Origin: an uncultured Actinomycetes bacterium
Lineage (GTDB): Bacteria > SZUA-79 > Acidulodesulfobacterales > Acidulodesulfobacteraceae
Direction: 5' to 3'
DNA: 64,000 nucleotides
Assembly (NCBI GenBank): GCA_964631685.1
Contig: CAZVZU010000001.1
Span: 160,001-224,000 of the forward strand
Shown here: piece by piece, positions 30,654 through 40,357 of the stretch
Layout of the letters: each line of letters starts with the position of its first letter
How positions within the stretch are numbered: position 1 is the first letter of the stretch
The notes under the pieces: generated by a model
What the model was told of the DNA's origin: nothing
Databases searched by the model: none
Seen by the model: the letters and a program-made list of their open reading frames with translations, nothing else
Position numbers and translations under genes: made by a program

Positions 30654-32096
30654 TTGGGGAGGGAATTATTGTTGGATAATTTTGATGTTTGTGTTATAGG
30701 CGGCGGACCGGCTGGATACGTAAGCGCTTTAAAATCTGCAATCAACGGGCTATCTGTCGCTATTATAGAAAAAGAAAATTTTGGAGGAACATGTCTTAAT
30801 AAAGGCTGCATTCCGACTAAGACAATATATTCCAAGGCAAAATATTTAAGCAAACTCAAGAAACCAGAATATGGATTTAAGATAAGCGGGTACAGCGTTG
30901 ACTATAATGACGTTATAGATTATAAGGAAAGGGTAGTTTCTACGTTAACAGGGGGTGTTGAGAAGCTCTTAAGGGCAAGAAAAGTTAGTATTTTTAACGG
31001 CACGGGAAGAATTAATGGTAATAATAATATCGGTTTTGTTTTAACCATAACCGATGGCTCCGGGTTTAAAACTGATATATCGGCAAAAAATGTAGTTGTA
31101 TCTACCGGTTCATCGCCGTTAATGATACCTTCTTTTAATATAGACCATAAAAACATAATGACATCAGATGAAATCCTTGAATTAAGGGAGGTGCCGAAAT
31201 TTTTAATTATCATAGGGGCTGGGGTCATAGGTTGCGAATTTGCTAATATTTTTAGCGAATTTGGCGCAGATATAAAAATGATAGAACTTTTGCCTTCCAT
31301 ACTATCTATTGAAGATAGAGATATTTCTAAATTTGTCCAAAAAAACTTCAAATCCCGCAACATAGATATTATGACATCTGTCGAGGTTGAAAGCATTAAA
31401 CCGCTTGAAGAAGGTGGGGCTACGGTTTCATTAAAAACCGGTGAAAAATTTACTGCAGATAAAATATTGGTGTCAATTGGTAGAAAACTAAATACAGGCG
31501 GGTTAGGATTGGAAGAGATAGGCATTAAAATGGATGGAAGAGGAAAGATAGATGTGGATAGCTATAATAAGACTAATATAAAGGGTATATACGCATGCGG
31601 AGATATAGTAGACGGACCGATGCTTGCACATAAGGCATCTTATGACGGCATTATAGCGGCAGATAATATAGCCGGTATTGTTAAAGAAAAAGATTATTCG
31701 GTATTACCGTGGTCTATATATACTAACCCACCTATTGGAACGGTTGGATTGAAAGAAGGGGATAACGGATTAAAAGATATCGATTATAGTGTCGGTCGTT
31801 TTTCATATGCGGCAAATGGAATGGCGTTAGCCATGGAAGAAAACGATGGATTCTTAAAGGTTCTTGTCGAGAATAAGTCAAAAAAAATTCTTGGGGCGAC
31901 GGGAATAGGGCCGGATACTCCGGAATTAATAGCAGAAATTGCATCATACATGCATTTTAATGGAACCATTTTCGACATAGAATCAACAATTCACTCTCAC
32001 CCGACACTTTCTGAGATTATACCCGAGGCTTCGCTTGATTCTATAGGCGAAGCGATTCACAAGGTTAATCCCAGGGCGGCGAAGAAAAAAAATTAA
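30654..32096 (+). CDS. lpdA: Dihydrolipoyl dehydrogenase (E3)
   Basis: GGGPAG, GGTCLNKGCIPTK redox disulfide, GAGVIG, MLAHKA, HPTLSE. Confidence 0.93.
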   Translation: MGRELLLDNFDVCVIGGGPAGYVSALKSAINGLSVAIIEKENFGGTCLNKGCIPTKTIYSKAKYLSKLKKPEYGFKISGYSVDYNDVIDYKERVVSTLTGGVEKLLRARKVSIFNGTGRINGNNNIGFVLTITDGSGFKTDISAKNVVVSTGSSPLMIPSFNIDHKNIMTSDEILELREVPKFLIIIGAGVIGCEFANIFSEFGADIKMIELLPSILSIEDRDISKFVQKNFKSRNIDIMTSVEVESIKPLEEGGATVSLKTGEKFTADKILVSIGRKLNTGGLGLEEIGIKMDGRGKIDVDSYNKTNIKGIYACGDIVDGPMLAHKASYDGIIAADNIAGIVKEKDYSVLPWSIYTNPPIGTVGLKEGDNGLKDIDYSVGRFSYAANGMALAMEENDGFLKVLVENKSKKILGATGIGPDTPELIAEIASYMHFNGTIFDIESTIHSHPTLSEIIPEASLDSIGEAIHKVNPRAAKKKN

Positions 32097-32143
32097 GAAT
32101 TATAAAATTAATTAACAATTTAAATTATATAGGGAATAATTTT

Positions 32144-33400
32144 ATGGCGCTGGTTGTCCAAAAATTCGGCGGAACATCAATGGGTAGTACGGGTAGTATT
32201 AAGCAGGTAGCAAAACAGGTTATAAAGGAAAGAAAAAACGGCAATGACGTAGTGGTCGTGGTAAGCGCTATGAGCGGAGAGACTAATAGGCTCCTGAATT
32301 TAGCGGTAAAAATGGGCGGAAGACATGATGACTTAGAGACAGATATGATAATATCCAGTGGTGAACAAATAAGTTCGGGGCTCCTTTCTATAGTTTTGAA
32401 AAGTGAAGGTTATGATGCAGTGCCGCTTCTTGGTTATCAGGTAAAAATAACAACAAATAAATCATATGGAAAAGCGAGAATATCCAACGTTGACGACCAT
32501 AATATAAAAATGGGGCTCAAAAGTGGTAAAATAGTTGTAGTAGCCGGTTTTCAAGGAACTGATTCTAACGGATTTATTACTACTTTGGGGAGAGGTGGTT
32601 CAGATACTACCGCTGTTGCTGTAGCTGCCGCGCTTAAGGCCGATAGGTGCGATATATATACAGATGTTGACGGCGTTTATACCGCTGACCCTCAAGTGGT
32701 GCCTAATGCGAGAAGGCTAGACATCGTTTATTTTGACGAAATGATAGAGATGTCAAGTTTGGGTGCGAAGGTATTGCAGATTAGATCTGTTGAATTTGCA
32801 ATGAAATATGGTGTTAATTTATTTGTAAAATCAACATTTACCGAATCACCCGGGACCCAAATTAAATCTTTAGGAGATAAAAAAAGTATGGAAGAACTGC
32901 AAGTATCAAGCGTTGCATGTGATAAAGACGAGGCAAAAATATCAATAAGGGGTATACCCGATAAACCGGGTATTGCCGCTAAAATTTTTTCTAAAATATC
33001 AGAGGCTAATGTAGTAGTGGATATGATTATTCAAAATATATCGGTAGACGGGTTGACAGATTTAACCTTTACGGCATCAAAAAAGGATTTACAAAGAGCA
33101 ATTGATATTGCTAATTCTATTGCGAAAGAGCTAAATGCGAAGGAGGTTGTTTCCGATGATAATATTGCAAAAATATCCGTTATAGGTGTCGGCATGAGAA
33201 ACCATTACGGCACGGCTTCGACCATGTTTTCAGTTTTATCCAAAGAAAATATCAATATAATGATGATTTCAACATCGGAGATTAAAATATCGTGCGTTAT
33301 TGATGCAAAATACGCAGAACTTGCAGCAAGGGTATTGCATGAGGCATTTGATCTTGGTGGAGACAAAGAAGATTATTATAAAAATGGAATTAGGGAATAA
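32144..33400 (+). CDS. lysC: Aspartate kinase
   Basis: VQKFGGTS, VVSAM, TTLGRGGSD, two ACT domains, STSEIKIS. Confidence 0.96.
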   Translation: MALVVQKFGGTSMGSTGSIKQVAKQVIKERKNGNDVVVVVSAMSGETNRLLNLAVKMGGRHDDLETDMIISSGEQISSGLLSIVLKSEGYDAVPLLGYQVKITTNKSYGKARISNVDDHNIKMGLKSGKIVVVAGFQGTDSNGFITTLGRGGSDTTAVAVAAALKADRCDIYTDVDGVYTADPQVVPNARRLDIVYFDEMIEMSSLGAKVLQIRSVEFAMKYGVNLFVKSTFTESPGTQIKSLGDKKSMEELQVSSVACDKDEAKISIRGIPDKPGIAAKIFSKISEANVVVDMIIQNISVDGLTDLTFTASKKDLQRAIDIANSIAKELNAKEVVSDDNIAKISVIGVGMRNHYGTASTMFSVLSKENINIMMISTSEIKISCVIDAKYAELAARVLHEAFDLGGDKEDYYKNGIRE

Positions 33401-33408
33401 ATATTCGT

Positions 33409-35052
33409 ATGCAAAATAATAATATTGATCAAAAACAAAAAGAATCCATAGAGGTTTATGATACAACGTTAAGGGATGGGACGCAGGGGGAAGGGTTTTC
33501 TTTGTCTATTGACGACAAATTGATGATTGCAGACATTGTAGACGAATTAGGAATACACTTTATAGAGGGAGGGTTTCCATCCTCAAACCCCAAGGATAGG
33601 AAATTTTTTGAACTTGCGGCTAAAAAGGGATTTAAAAATTCCAAATTGGTTGCATTCGGAAGTACAAAAAGAAAGAGTACGGAGGCAAAAAATGATGCCG
33701 GTTTGCGTATGTTAAGTGAAACCCCGGTAAGTTATGTTGCTATTTTTGGAAAATCGTGGGATTTACATGTAAATTCAGTTTTAAAGATATCCTTGAATGA
33801 AAATTTAGATATCATTGCAGACTCAGTTGATTTTTTAAAGTCGGCGAAAAAAAAAGTATTTTTTGATGCGGAACATTTTTTTGACGGCTTCAAGGATAAT
33901 GAGAGCTATGCCGTTGATTCAATAAAAATTGCCCTAGATGCCGGAGCAGATAAGGTAGTTTTGTGTGACACGAATGGTGGTTTTTTACCATATCAAATAT
34001 CGGAAGTAATAGAAAAGCTTAAATCTAATTATAGGATTGATATATCTAAGCTGGGAATACACACACATAATGACATAGAGTGTGCTGTCGCAAATACTAT
34101 TGCAGCGGTCATGTGTGGTATTAGACATGTTCAGGGAACAATCAACGGATATGGGGAACGAACCGGTAATGCTAATATTTTATCCATAATACCCAATTTA
34201 GAATTAAAACTTAGATTTGATGTTATAGGAAGAGAAAGACTCAAGAAGCTTGTTAGTGTAAGTCGGTTGATAGACGAAATATCTAATAATACATCGGTTA
34301 AAAATATGCCTTACACGGGAGAGAGTGCATTTGCACATAAGGCGGGGATACACGCAAATGCAGTACTTAAAAATCCATCATCTTATGAGCACGTGGAGCC
34401 GGCAATTGTAGGCAATAGCAGAAGATTCTTGATATCAGATTTATCCGGCAAGAGCAATATTGAAGCAAAAGCTAAAGAACTAGGGATAGATCTAGACAAG
34501 CTTACTGCATCTAAAGAAGTAGAATTACTTGACAAGATAAAAGAGCTGGAATGGTGCGGTTTTGATTTTGAAAGTGCCGACGGTTCATTCAAAATACTCA
34601 TGGATAAATATTCTTCAAAAAAGACTAAAAATTACTTCAAGTTACTAGCATTTAGGGTAAATACGGAAAAGAATCCTACGCCTTCATTATCACAGTTGCA
34701 TCATGAAAAAAACATCTTTAGTGAAGCCGTGATTATGGTGGAAGTTCAGGGCAAGACAGAACATACCGTCGCCCTCGGAGATGGACCAGTTAACGCCCTT
34801 GACAATGCCTTGAGGAAAGCACTTTTAAAATTTTACCCGATATTGAACGAAATGAGATTAATTGATTTCAAGGTCAGGGTTATCAGCAATAAAGCTCGCT
34901 CGGGAACGGCTTCTTTTGTAAGGGTACTAATAGAATCATCGGATAAAGAAGGTAAATGGACCACACTTGGAGTATCGGAGAATATAATAGAGGCCTCGTA
35001 TCAAGCTTTGGCGGACAGTATAACCTACAAGCTCACTAAAGAAGGAGTATAA
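33409..35052 (+). CDS. cimA: Citramalate synthase
   Basis: DTTLRDGTQGEG, GKSWDLHV, DAEHFFDG, HTHND, GPVNALD; follows lysC. Confidence 0.9.
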   Translation: MQNNNIDQKQKESIEVYDTTLRDGTQGEGFSLSIDDKLMIADIVDELGIHFIEGGFPSSNPKDRKFFELAAKKGFKNSKLVAFGSTKRKSTEAKNDAGLRMLSETPVSYVAIFGKSWDLHVNSVLKISLNENLDIIADSVDFLKSAKKKVFFDAEHFFDGFKDNESYAVDSIKIALDAGADKVVLCDTNGGFLPYQISEVIEKLKSNYRIDISKLGIHTHNDIECAVANTIAAVMCGIRHVQGTINGYGERTGNANILSIIPNLELKLRFDVIGRERLKKLVSVSRLIDEISNNTSVKNMPYTGESAFAHKAGIHANAVLKNPSSYEHVEPAIVGNSRRFLISDLSGKSNIEAKAKELGIDLDKLTASKEVELLDKIKELEWCGFDFESADGSFKILMDKYSSKKTKNYFKLLAFRVNTEKNPTPSLSQLHHEKNIFSEAVIMVEVQGKTEHTVALGDGPVNALDNALRKALLKFYPILNEMRLIDFKVRVISNKARSGTASFVRVLIESSDKEGKWTTLGVSENIIEASYQALADSITYKLTKEGV

Positions 35053-35094
35053 TTATATATGGCTAATCGAAGATGTTGAAACTTAATTGTTTTA

Positions 35095-36021
35095 TCAAAC
35101 TCTGCCAGACGAGCCTAGGACATTCATTCTTTCCCTAACGGTTTCAACAATATAACCCTTCGCCGGACCGAAAATCTTTCTTGGATCTATTTGAGATTTA
35201 TCATTTACAATACTCTCTCTAACCTTTGATATAAACGCGATGCGTAAGTCAGTATCGGTATTTACTTTATTTATACCGTAACTTATTGCTTCTTTCAGCA
35301 CATCAAAAGGAACGCCTTTTGCTCCCTTTAAATTTCCGCCAAACTTCTCAAATTTTTGAGCGGCAGCCAAGGGCACAGACGATGCGCCATGAAGAACCAA
35401 TGGAATACCGGTTAATTTCTTAACTTTTTTTAGACGTTCAAAATCTAATTTTGCCTCTCCCTTAAATTTAAAAGCACCGTGTGAGGTACCTATCGCAGGT
35501 GCCAAAAAGTCAATACCCGAAGATACTACAAAATCTTTTGCATTTTCCGGATTTACCAAAACAGCGTCCCTTTCGGCAACCGAAATATTATCTTCAACGC
35601 CTTTAAGTCTTCCAAGTTCTGCTTCGACGGATATACCCAAGGGATGACAAATACTTACAACCTGTTTTGTAATTTTAAGATTTTCCTCGTAGGTGAAGTG
35701 TGATGCATCAATCATAACGGACGTGAAACCTGACCTAATAGCCAATAAGATAGCATTGAGGTTTGTACCGTGATCAAGGTGGAGTGCTACTGGAATTTTA
35801 GGATAATTATTAGACAACGTCTTTGTCATTGCGACAAGCATGTCGGCGCCAGCATACTTCATCGCGCCTTCACTTGCAGCAATAATTATCGGTGATTTTT
35901 CCGAATCCGCCGCCATAAATACAGCTTGCAGAAACTCCATATTATTCACATTAAAGGCACCTACTGCATACCTATGTTTGTGGGCATCATCAAGTATTTC
36001 CTTTGCGGATATTAAAGCCAT
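35095..36021 (-). CDS. fba: Class II fructose-bisphosphate aldolase
   Basis: GAFNVNN, LHLDHG, SVMIDAS, GTSHGAFKF, LVLHGAS, KVNTDTDLR. Confidence 0.95.
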   Translation of the reverse strand: MALISAKEILDDAHKHRYAVGAFNVNNMEFLQAVFMAADSEKSPIIIAASEGAMKYAGADMLVAMTKTLSNNYPKIPVALHLDHGTNLNAILLAIRSGFTSVMIDASHFTYEENLKITKQVVSICHPLGISVEAELGRLKGVEDNISVAERDAVLVNPENAKDFVVSSGIDFLAPAIGTSHGAFKFKGEAKLDFERLKKVKKLTGIPLVLHGASSVPLAAAQKFEKFGGNLKGAKGVPFDVLKEAISYGINKVNTDTDLRIAFISKVRESIVNDKSQIDPRKIFGPAKGYIVETVRERMNVLGSSGRV

Positions 36022-36242
36022 TTCCCCCCCCCTATTTATATAAATTAACGTTATATACAGTTATTATATCACTAAATCTTTTCCTATTTTTTTTGTCACC
36101 TCCACTATCTAACTTACGCGCATATTATAGCACATATTTTATGATTTATTTTATAATTTGGCGGCATTTTGTTTTATAAACTTATAAGTGAAGAAGAAAA
36201 AAATATAAAAAATACCATTATAATGCTATAATAGCGGTCGTC

Positions 36243-36830
36243 ATGAAGAGTTTTTGTAAAATTTTTATCACTGGGGGCGCATCTTCCGGTAAATCAGGTT
36301 TTGCAGAAAAAAAAGCCTTATCGCTTTATGAAAAATTTTTCGGTAGGTCAAACCTGAACAACTGTCACCCGCTTCATTTTATGGCTACGGCGATCCTTGA
36401 AAAGGCCGATCATGAGATGGCGCAGAAAATAGGAAGGCATAAAGAAAAAAGGTCGAGCATTTTTATTGTTCATGAAAGCTATAATGACTTACAATTGGAG
36501 ATTAAAAATGTTTACGATATTTTTAAAAACGAAAAACAACAATCAGGGGTAATTCTTATAGATTCATTGACATTATGGTTATCTTCAGTCTTCAAAAATA
36601 CATCAGATTTTAATTTTGCATACGATACCATTTTGATAATGACTGAATATATAAAAACATTGCAGTGTTCTGTTGTAACCGTAACGGACACTATGGCTTT
36701 CAATATGGTACCTGCCGATGCTTACCTTAGAAAGTTTATAGAGTTAAACGGACTAATGGAACAACAACTGTCTGATTTATCGGATGAGGCATATTGTATT
36801 ATCGCGGGGAACCAAATTTCATTAAAATAG
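36243..36830 (+). CDS. cobU: Adenosylcobinamide kinase / cobinamide-phosphate guanylyltransferase (divergent)
   Basis: TGGASSGKS, ATA, D.EM..KI.RH...R, IDSLTLW, IAG. Confidence 0.82.
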   Translation: MKSFCKIFITGGASSGKSGFAEKKALSLYEKFFGRSNLNNCHPLHFMATAILEKADHEMAQKIGRHKEKRSSIFIVHESYNDLQLEIKNVYDIFKNEKQQSGVILIDSLTLWLSSVFKNTSDFNFAYDTILIMTEYIKTLQCSVVTVTDTMAFNMVPADAYLRKFIELNGLMEQQLSDLSDEAYCIIAGNQISLK

Positions 36831-36858
36831 CAACAAATAATCTATATAATATTATAAA

Positions 36859-37950
36859 ATGCATGAAAACGAAAAGGACCAACTTCTTTCTCTGATTAAT
36901 TCTATAAAGCCTATCAACAAAAGGCGGTTTTATGAAATCGCCGAATGTAGGCTTGATATATTAATAAAACCAAAGGGAAGCCTTGGAAGATTAGAGGAGT
37001 TCGTTAAAGATATTATTGCCATCACAGAAAATGACAGGCCAAAGATTAAAGAGAAATATGTCTGTGTTTTTGCAGGTGATCATGGTGTTGTTAAGGAGGG
37101 AGTTAGCCTTTTCAAGCAAGATGTTACAGCCCAAATGGTTAGAAATTTCTTGAGCGGTGGCGCAGCAATTAACGCGATGTCAAATTCCGTTGGTGCTAAT
37201 GTGGTAGTTATAGATGTGGGAATTAATGCCGATCTAGATTCATTGGTGGGAGATAATTTTATAAACGGTAAAATTGGATTTGGGACAAACAATATATACG
37301 AAGGCAGGGCTATGACATATGGAGATGGCATAAAGTCGCTCCTTAAAGGCATAGAAATATCCTCAATACTAAAGGATAAGGGTGCTGATATTTGTGCGAC
37401 GGGCGATATGGGCATAGCCAACACTACACCGTCTTCGGCAATTACATGCTTTTATTCCAAGAAATCGGCTAAACTTGTATGCGGCCACGGAACGGGCGTA
37501 AGTTTGAAAATAATAGAAAAAAAAATCCGGATTATTCAAAAAGCGATTAAATATAATATACAAAACGGTGATGACCCGATAGATGTTCTGTCTGGAATAG
37601 GCGGTTTTGAAATCGGAGCAATAGCGGGTTTTATACTTGGTTGCTCTATTCACAGAATACCTGTTGTCGTTGACGGTTTCATTTCTTGTGCGGGAGCGTT
37701 GATAGCCATTAATATTAATCCTGATGTTTTGGACTATATGTTTTTAGGTCATTTATCGAAAGAAAGAGGACACAAAACTACCATTAGCCTCATAAAAAAT
37801 AAAAAACCTATCCTTGATTTGTCAATGCGTTTGGGCGAAGGGACGGGCGCTGTTATGGCAATGAAGATAATCGAAACGGCCATTGATATGTACAACAATA
37901 TGGCTACATTTGACGAGGCGAATGTTTTTGCATCGAAACTTAATAAATAA
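36859..37950 (+). CDS. cobT: Nicotinate-nucleotide:lower-ligand phosphoribosyltransferase
   Basis: KPKGSLGRLE, FAGDHGV, GDMGIANTT, GGFEI, DGFI, MRLGEGTGA. Confidence 0.95.
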   Translation: MHENEKDQLLSLINSIKPINKRRFYEIAECRLDILIKPKGSLGRLEEFVKDIIAITENDRPKIKEKYVCVFAGDHGVVKEGVSLFKQDVTAQMVRNFLSGGAAINAMSNSVGANVVVIDVGINADLDSLVGDNFINGKIGFGTNNIYEGRAMTYGDGIKSLLKGIEISSILKDKGADICATGDMGIANTTPSSAITCFYSKKSAKLVCGHGTGVSLKIIEKKIRIIQKAIKYNIQNGDDPIDVLSGIGGFEIGAIAGFILGCSIHRIPVVVDGFISCAGALIAININPDVLDYMFLGHLSKERGHKTTISLIKNKKPILDLSMRLGEGTGAVMAMKIIETAIDMYNNMATFDEANVFASKLNK

Positions 37951-37984
37951 TTAACCGCTCACAAATTAAATAGGTAAATAAACC

Positions 37985-38788
37985 ATGTTTATTATCAGAA
38001 ATTTATTGGATGCTGTAAATTTTTTAACTGTATTTAAGCTTAATTTAAGAAAAAAGGACGCCGTCTCAGATTATGCCGAAAATAAAGATGATATAACAGC
38101 GATCAAATTAAATGATTCTATAAAATATTTTCCCATGGCAGGGTTGTTCATAGGTGTAATTCTAATACTTACGTTTTACGTTTTTAGTATATTTTTATCG
38201 GACTCAATTTCAATTTTGATATCTATCTTGTTACTTTTTATTTTGACGGGAGGTCTGCACTTTGACGGTCTATCTGATACTACGGATGGACTTTTTGCAT
38301 ACTTGAAAAGTGGCGAAAAGAATAGATTTTATAGTGCAATGAAGGATGTTAACGCTGGTATTTCTGGTATTATTGCAGTCATCTTTTATGTGTTAATTAT
38401 GTGGCTTACAATTAAAGGAATATCGCCTAAATTTAGCTATTTGTCTTTATTGACGTTTCCGATTGTAGGGCGATACTCTATAGTTTTAATGTCTTATTTT
38501 TCAAATACCCCAAGAAATTTTAAGGGAATAGGTACCATTTTTACCGAAGGAACAAATTTTTATACATTTATTATCGCTTCCATTTTTACGGTTGTAATTG
38601 TTTTTATCCTTTTAAAATTAGCGGGCATTTTTGCATTACTGATTTCAACCTTCTTCATTCTAACATTAGCATTTTATTTTGATAAAAAATTCGGTGGAGT
38701 CAATGGAGACATGTTAGGTTTTAGTACCAAAATATCCGAGGTTATCTATATTATTACCTTATACGGATTTTATAAAATTTTATATTAA
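37985..38788 (+). CDS. cobS: Cobamide synthase
   Basis: TGGLHFDGLSDTTDG, MKD, GGVNGDMLG; multi-TM. Confidence 0.93.
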   Translation: MFIIRNLLDAVNFLTVFKLNLRKKDAVSDYAENKDDITAIKLNDSIKYFPMAGLFIGVILILTFYVFSIFLSDSISILISILLLFILTGGLHFDGLSDTTDGLFAYLKSGEKNRFYSAMKDVNAGISGIIAVIFYVLIMWLTIKGISPKFSYLSLLTFPIVGRYSIVLMSYFSNTPRNFKGIGTIFTEGTNFYTFIIASIFTVVIVFILLKLAGIFALLISTFFILTLAFYFDKKFGGVNGDMLGFSTKISEVIYIITLYGFYKILY

Positions 38789-38807
38789 ATTTACCCGATT
38801 AATTTTT

Positions 38808-40316
38808 ATGTTTTCTGTTTTTTTTGCATCAGATAGATCTTCCTCAGGAAAATCCATGGTAACCCTGGCTTTTTCAAAAAAAGTTAAGGAAATGGGTTAC
38901 GAGATAGATGTTCTTAAGGTAGGACCGGACTTTATTGACCCAATCATAATATCCAATGCTGTAAATACCAAAGTTAGAAATATTGATCCCTTTTTAATAC
39001 CCCTCCGATCATTAAATTCCCTGGTTTTTAACTGCTGTGGTAATAGTGCAGATACGAATTGCACGGATGTTTTAAACAATTTAAATATGAATAAGGCTTT
39101 TATAGTTGAGGGCGCTATGGGCTTATACGATGGCAATTCGTATTCTATAGCAAAAAAATTCAAATTCCCAATTGTTTTAGTAATGGATTCTAAAAGAATC
39201 TCGTCCACCATGGCTTCTGTTATTTTTGGGCTTAAAAAATATAAAAAGGGGATTAACGTTTGCGGGGTTATTTTAAATAACATTTCTTCAGCAAGGCATT
39301 ATAAAATTATATCCGACGAGATTAAAAATAATGTCAAGAATACTGAAGTTTTTGGTTATATTTTAAATAATGAAGCGGCTTTCGGTATTAAAGAAAGGTA
39401 TCTTGGACTGGTTACCCCTATAGCATCAAATTTTAAACAGAATAAAAGTAAGTTTGAAACAGTAGTGAACAATATAAAAAATGAGGTCTTTCGCAATATA
39501 GATTTAGATTTAATGATAAAAACTCTCAAAAGAGAGTCGAAAGGGTTTAATAACTTATTTTTTAATCATGTAAATCGCATGAAACGCAGGCAGTTTAAGC
39601 TCGAAAATAACAAAGCCACTAATGTATTGTTCGCAAGGATAAAAAGAAAAAGGAGGATAAAAATAGCAGTTGCTTATGATAAGGCATTCTTCTTTTATTA
39701 TAATTTTAATATAGAGATATTGAAAAGTTTTGGAGCAGAAATAGTTTTTTTTAGTCCTTTATCCGACAAAACTATACCGAAAGGCGTCAGTATGATTTAT
39801 ATAGGGGGCGGTTATCCAGAGATTTATATCAATAATCTCGCAAAAAATCAAGGAATGCTTAATGAAATTTATAAATTTTTTGAAAATAATGGTATAATAT
39901 ATGCCGAGTGTGGGGGCTTAATGTATCTTAGCAGAGGGCTCGTTTATAAAGGTGAATATTGGAAATTATCAGGGATACTTCCGCTTGATGTAACTATGGA
40001 CAACACAAGGCTTTCTTTGGGTTATAGAATAGTTCATCTTAAGGAAGAATCGTTTCTCGGTGATGCAGGGTTAAAGATAAATGGACATGAGTTTCATTAT
40101 TCCGGAATTATAGCAGGTGGTTTACGCCAAAACAATACTAGAAGGGATTCGGCAGATCTTAAAAATGTTTTTGAATGCGAAAGTTTGGCATCTCCCGGTG
40201 TTCTGATACCCGAGGGTTACAATGTCTTGAATGTGATAGGTAGCTATATTCATCTATCTTTTTTTTCTAATAAGATTATTGCAAGAAATATTATGGATAA
40301 TGCTGCGAAAATATAA
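38808..40316 (+). CDS. cbiA: Cobyrinate a,c-diamide synthase
   Basis: SSSGKS, KVGPDFIDP, EGAMGLYDG, AFFFYY, GGYPE, AECGGLMYL, GHEFHYS. Confidence 0.9.
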   Translation: MFSVFFASDRSSSGKSMVTLAFSKKVKEMGYEIDVLKVGPDFIDPIIISNAVNTKVRNIDPFLIPLRSLNSLVFNCCGNSADTNCTDVLNNLNMNKAFIVEGAMGLYDGNSYSIAKKFKFPIVLVMDSKRISSTMASVIFGLKKYKKGINVCGVILNNISSARHYKIISDEIKNNVKNTEVFGYILNNEAAFGIKERYLGLVTPIASNFKQNKSKFETVVNNIKNEVFRNIDLDLMIKTLKRESKGFNNLFFNHVNRMKRRQFKLENNKATNVLFARIKRKRRIKIAVAYDKAFFFYYNFNIEILKSFGAEIVFFSPLSDKTIPKGVSMIYIGGGYPEIYINNLAKNQGMLNEIYKFFENNGIIYAECGGLMYLSRGLVYKGEYWKLSGILPLDVTMDNTRLSLGYRIVHLKEESFLGDAGLKINGHEFHYSGIIAGGLRQNNTRRDSADLKNVFECESLASPGVLIPEGYNVLNVIGSYIHLSFFSNKIIARNIMDNAAKI

Positions 40317-40357
40317 AATAAATAATAATTTTAAATTTTGAAAGTAAAAACAAAAAA

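Noticed and set aside
30920..31525. 201-aa minus-strand ORF and the many other short antisense ORFs in the track
   Set aside because: They are shadow frames of well-supported genes on the opposite strand, with no motifs or RBS.
36022..36242. Cobalamin riboswitch upstream of cobU
   Set aside because: The region is AT-rich, with only divergent promoter-like elements and no B12 box.
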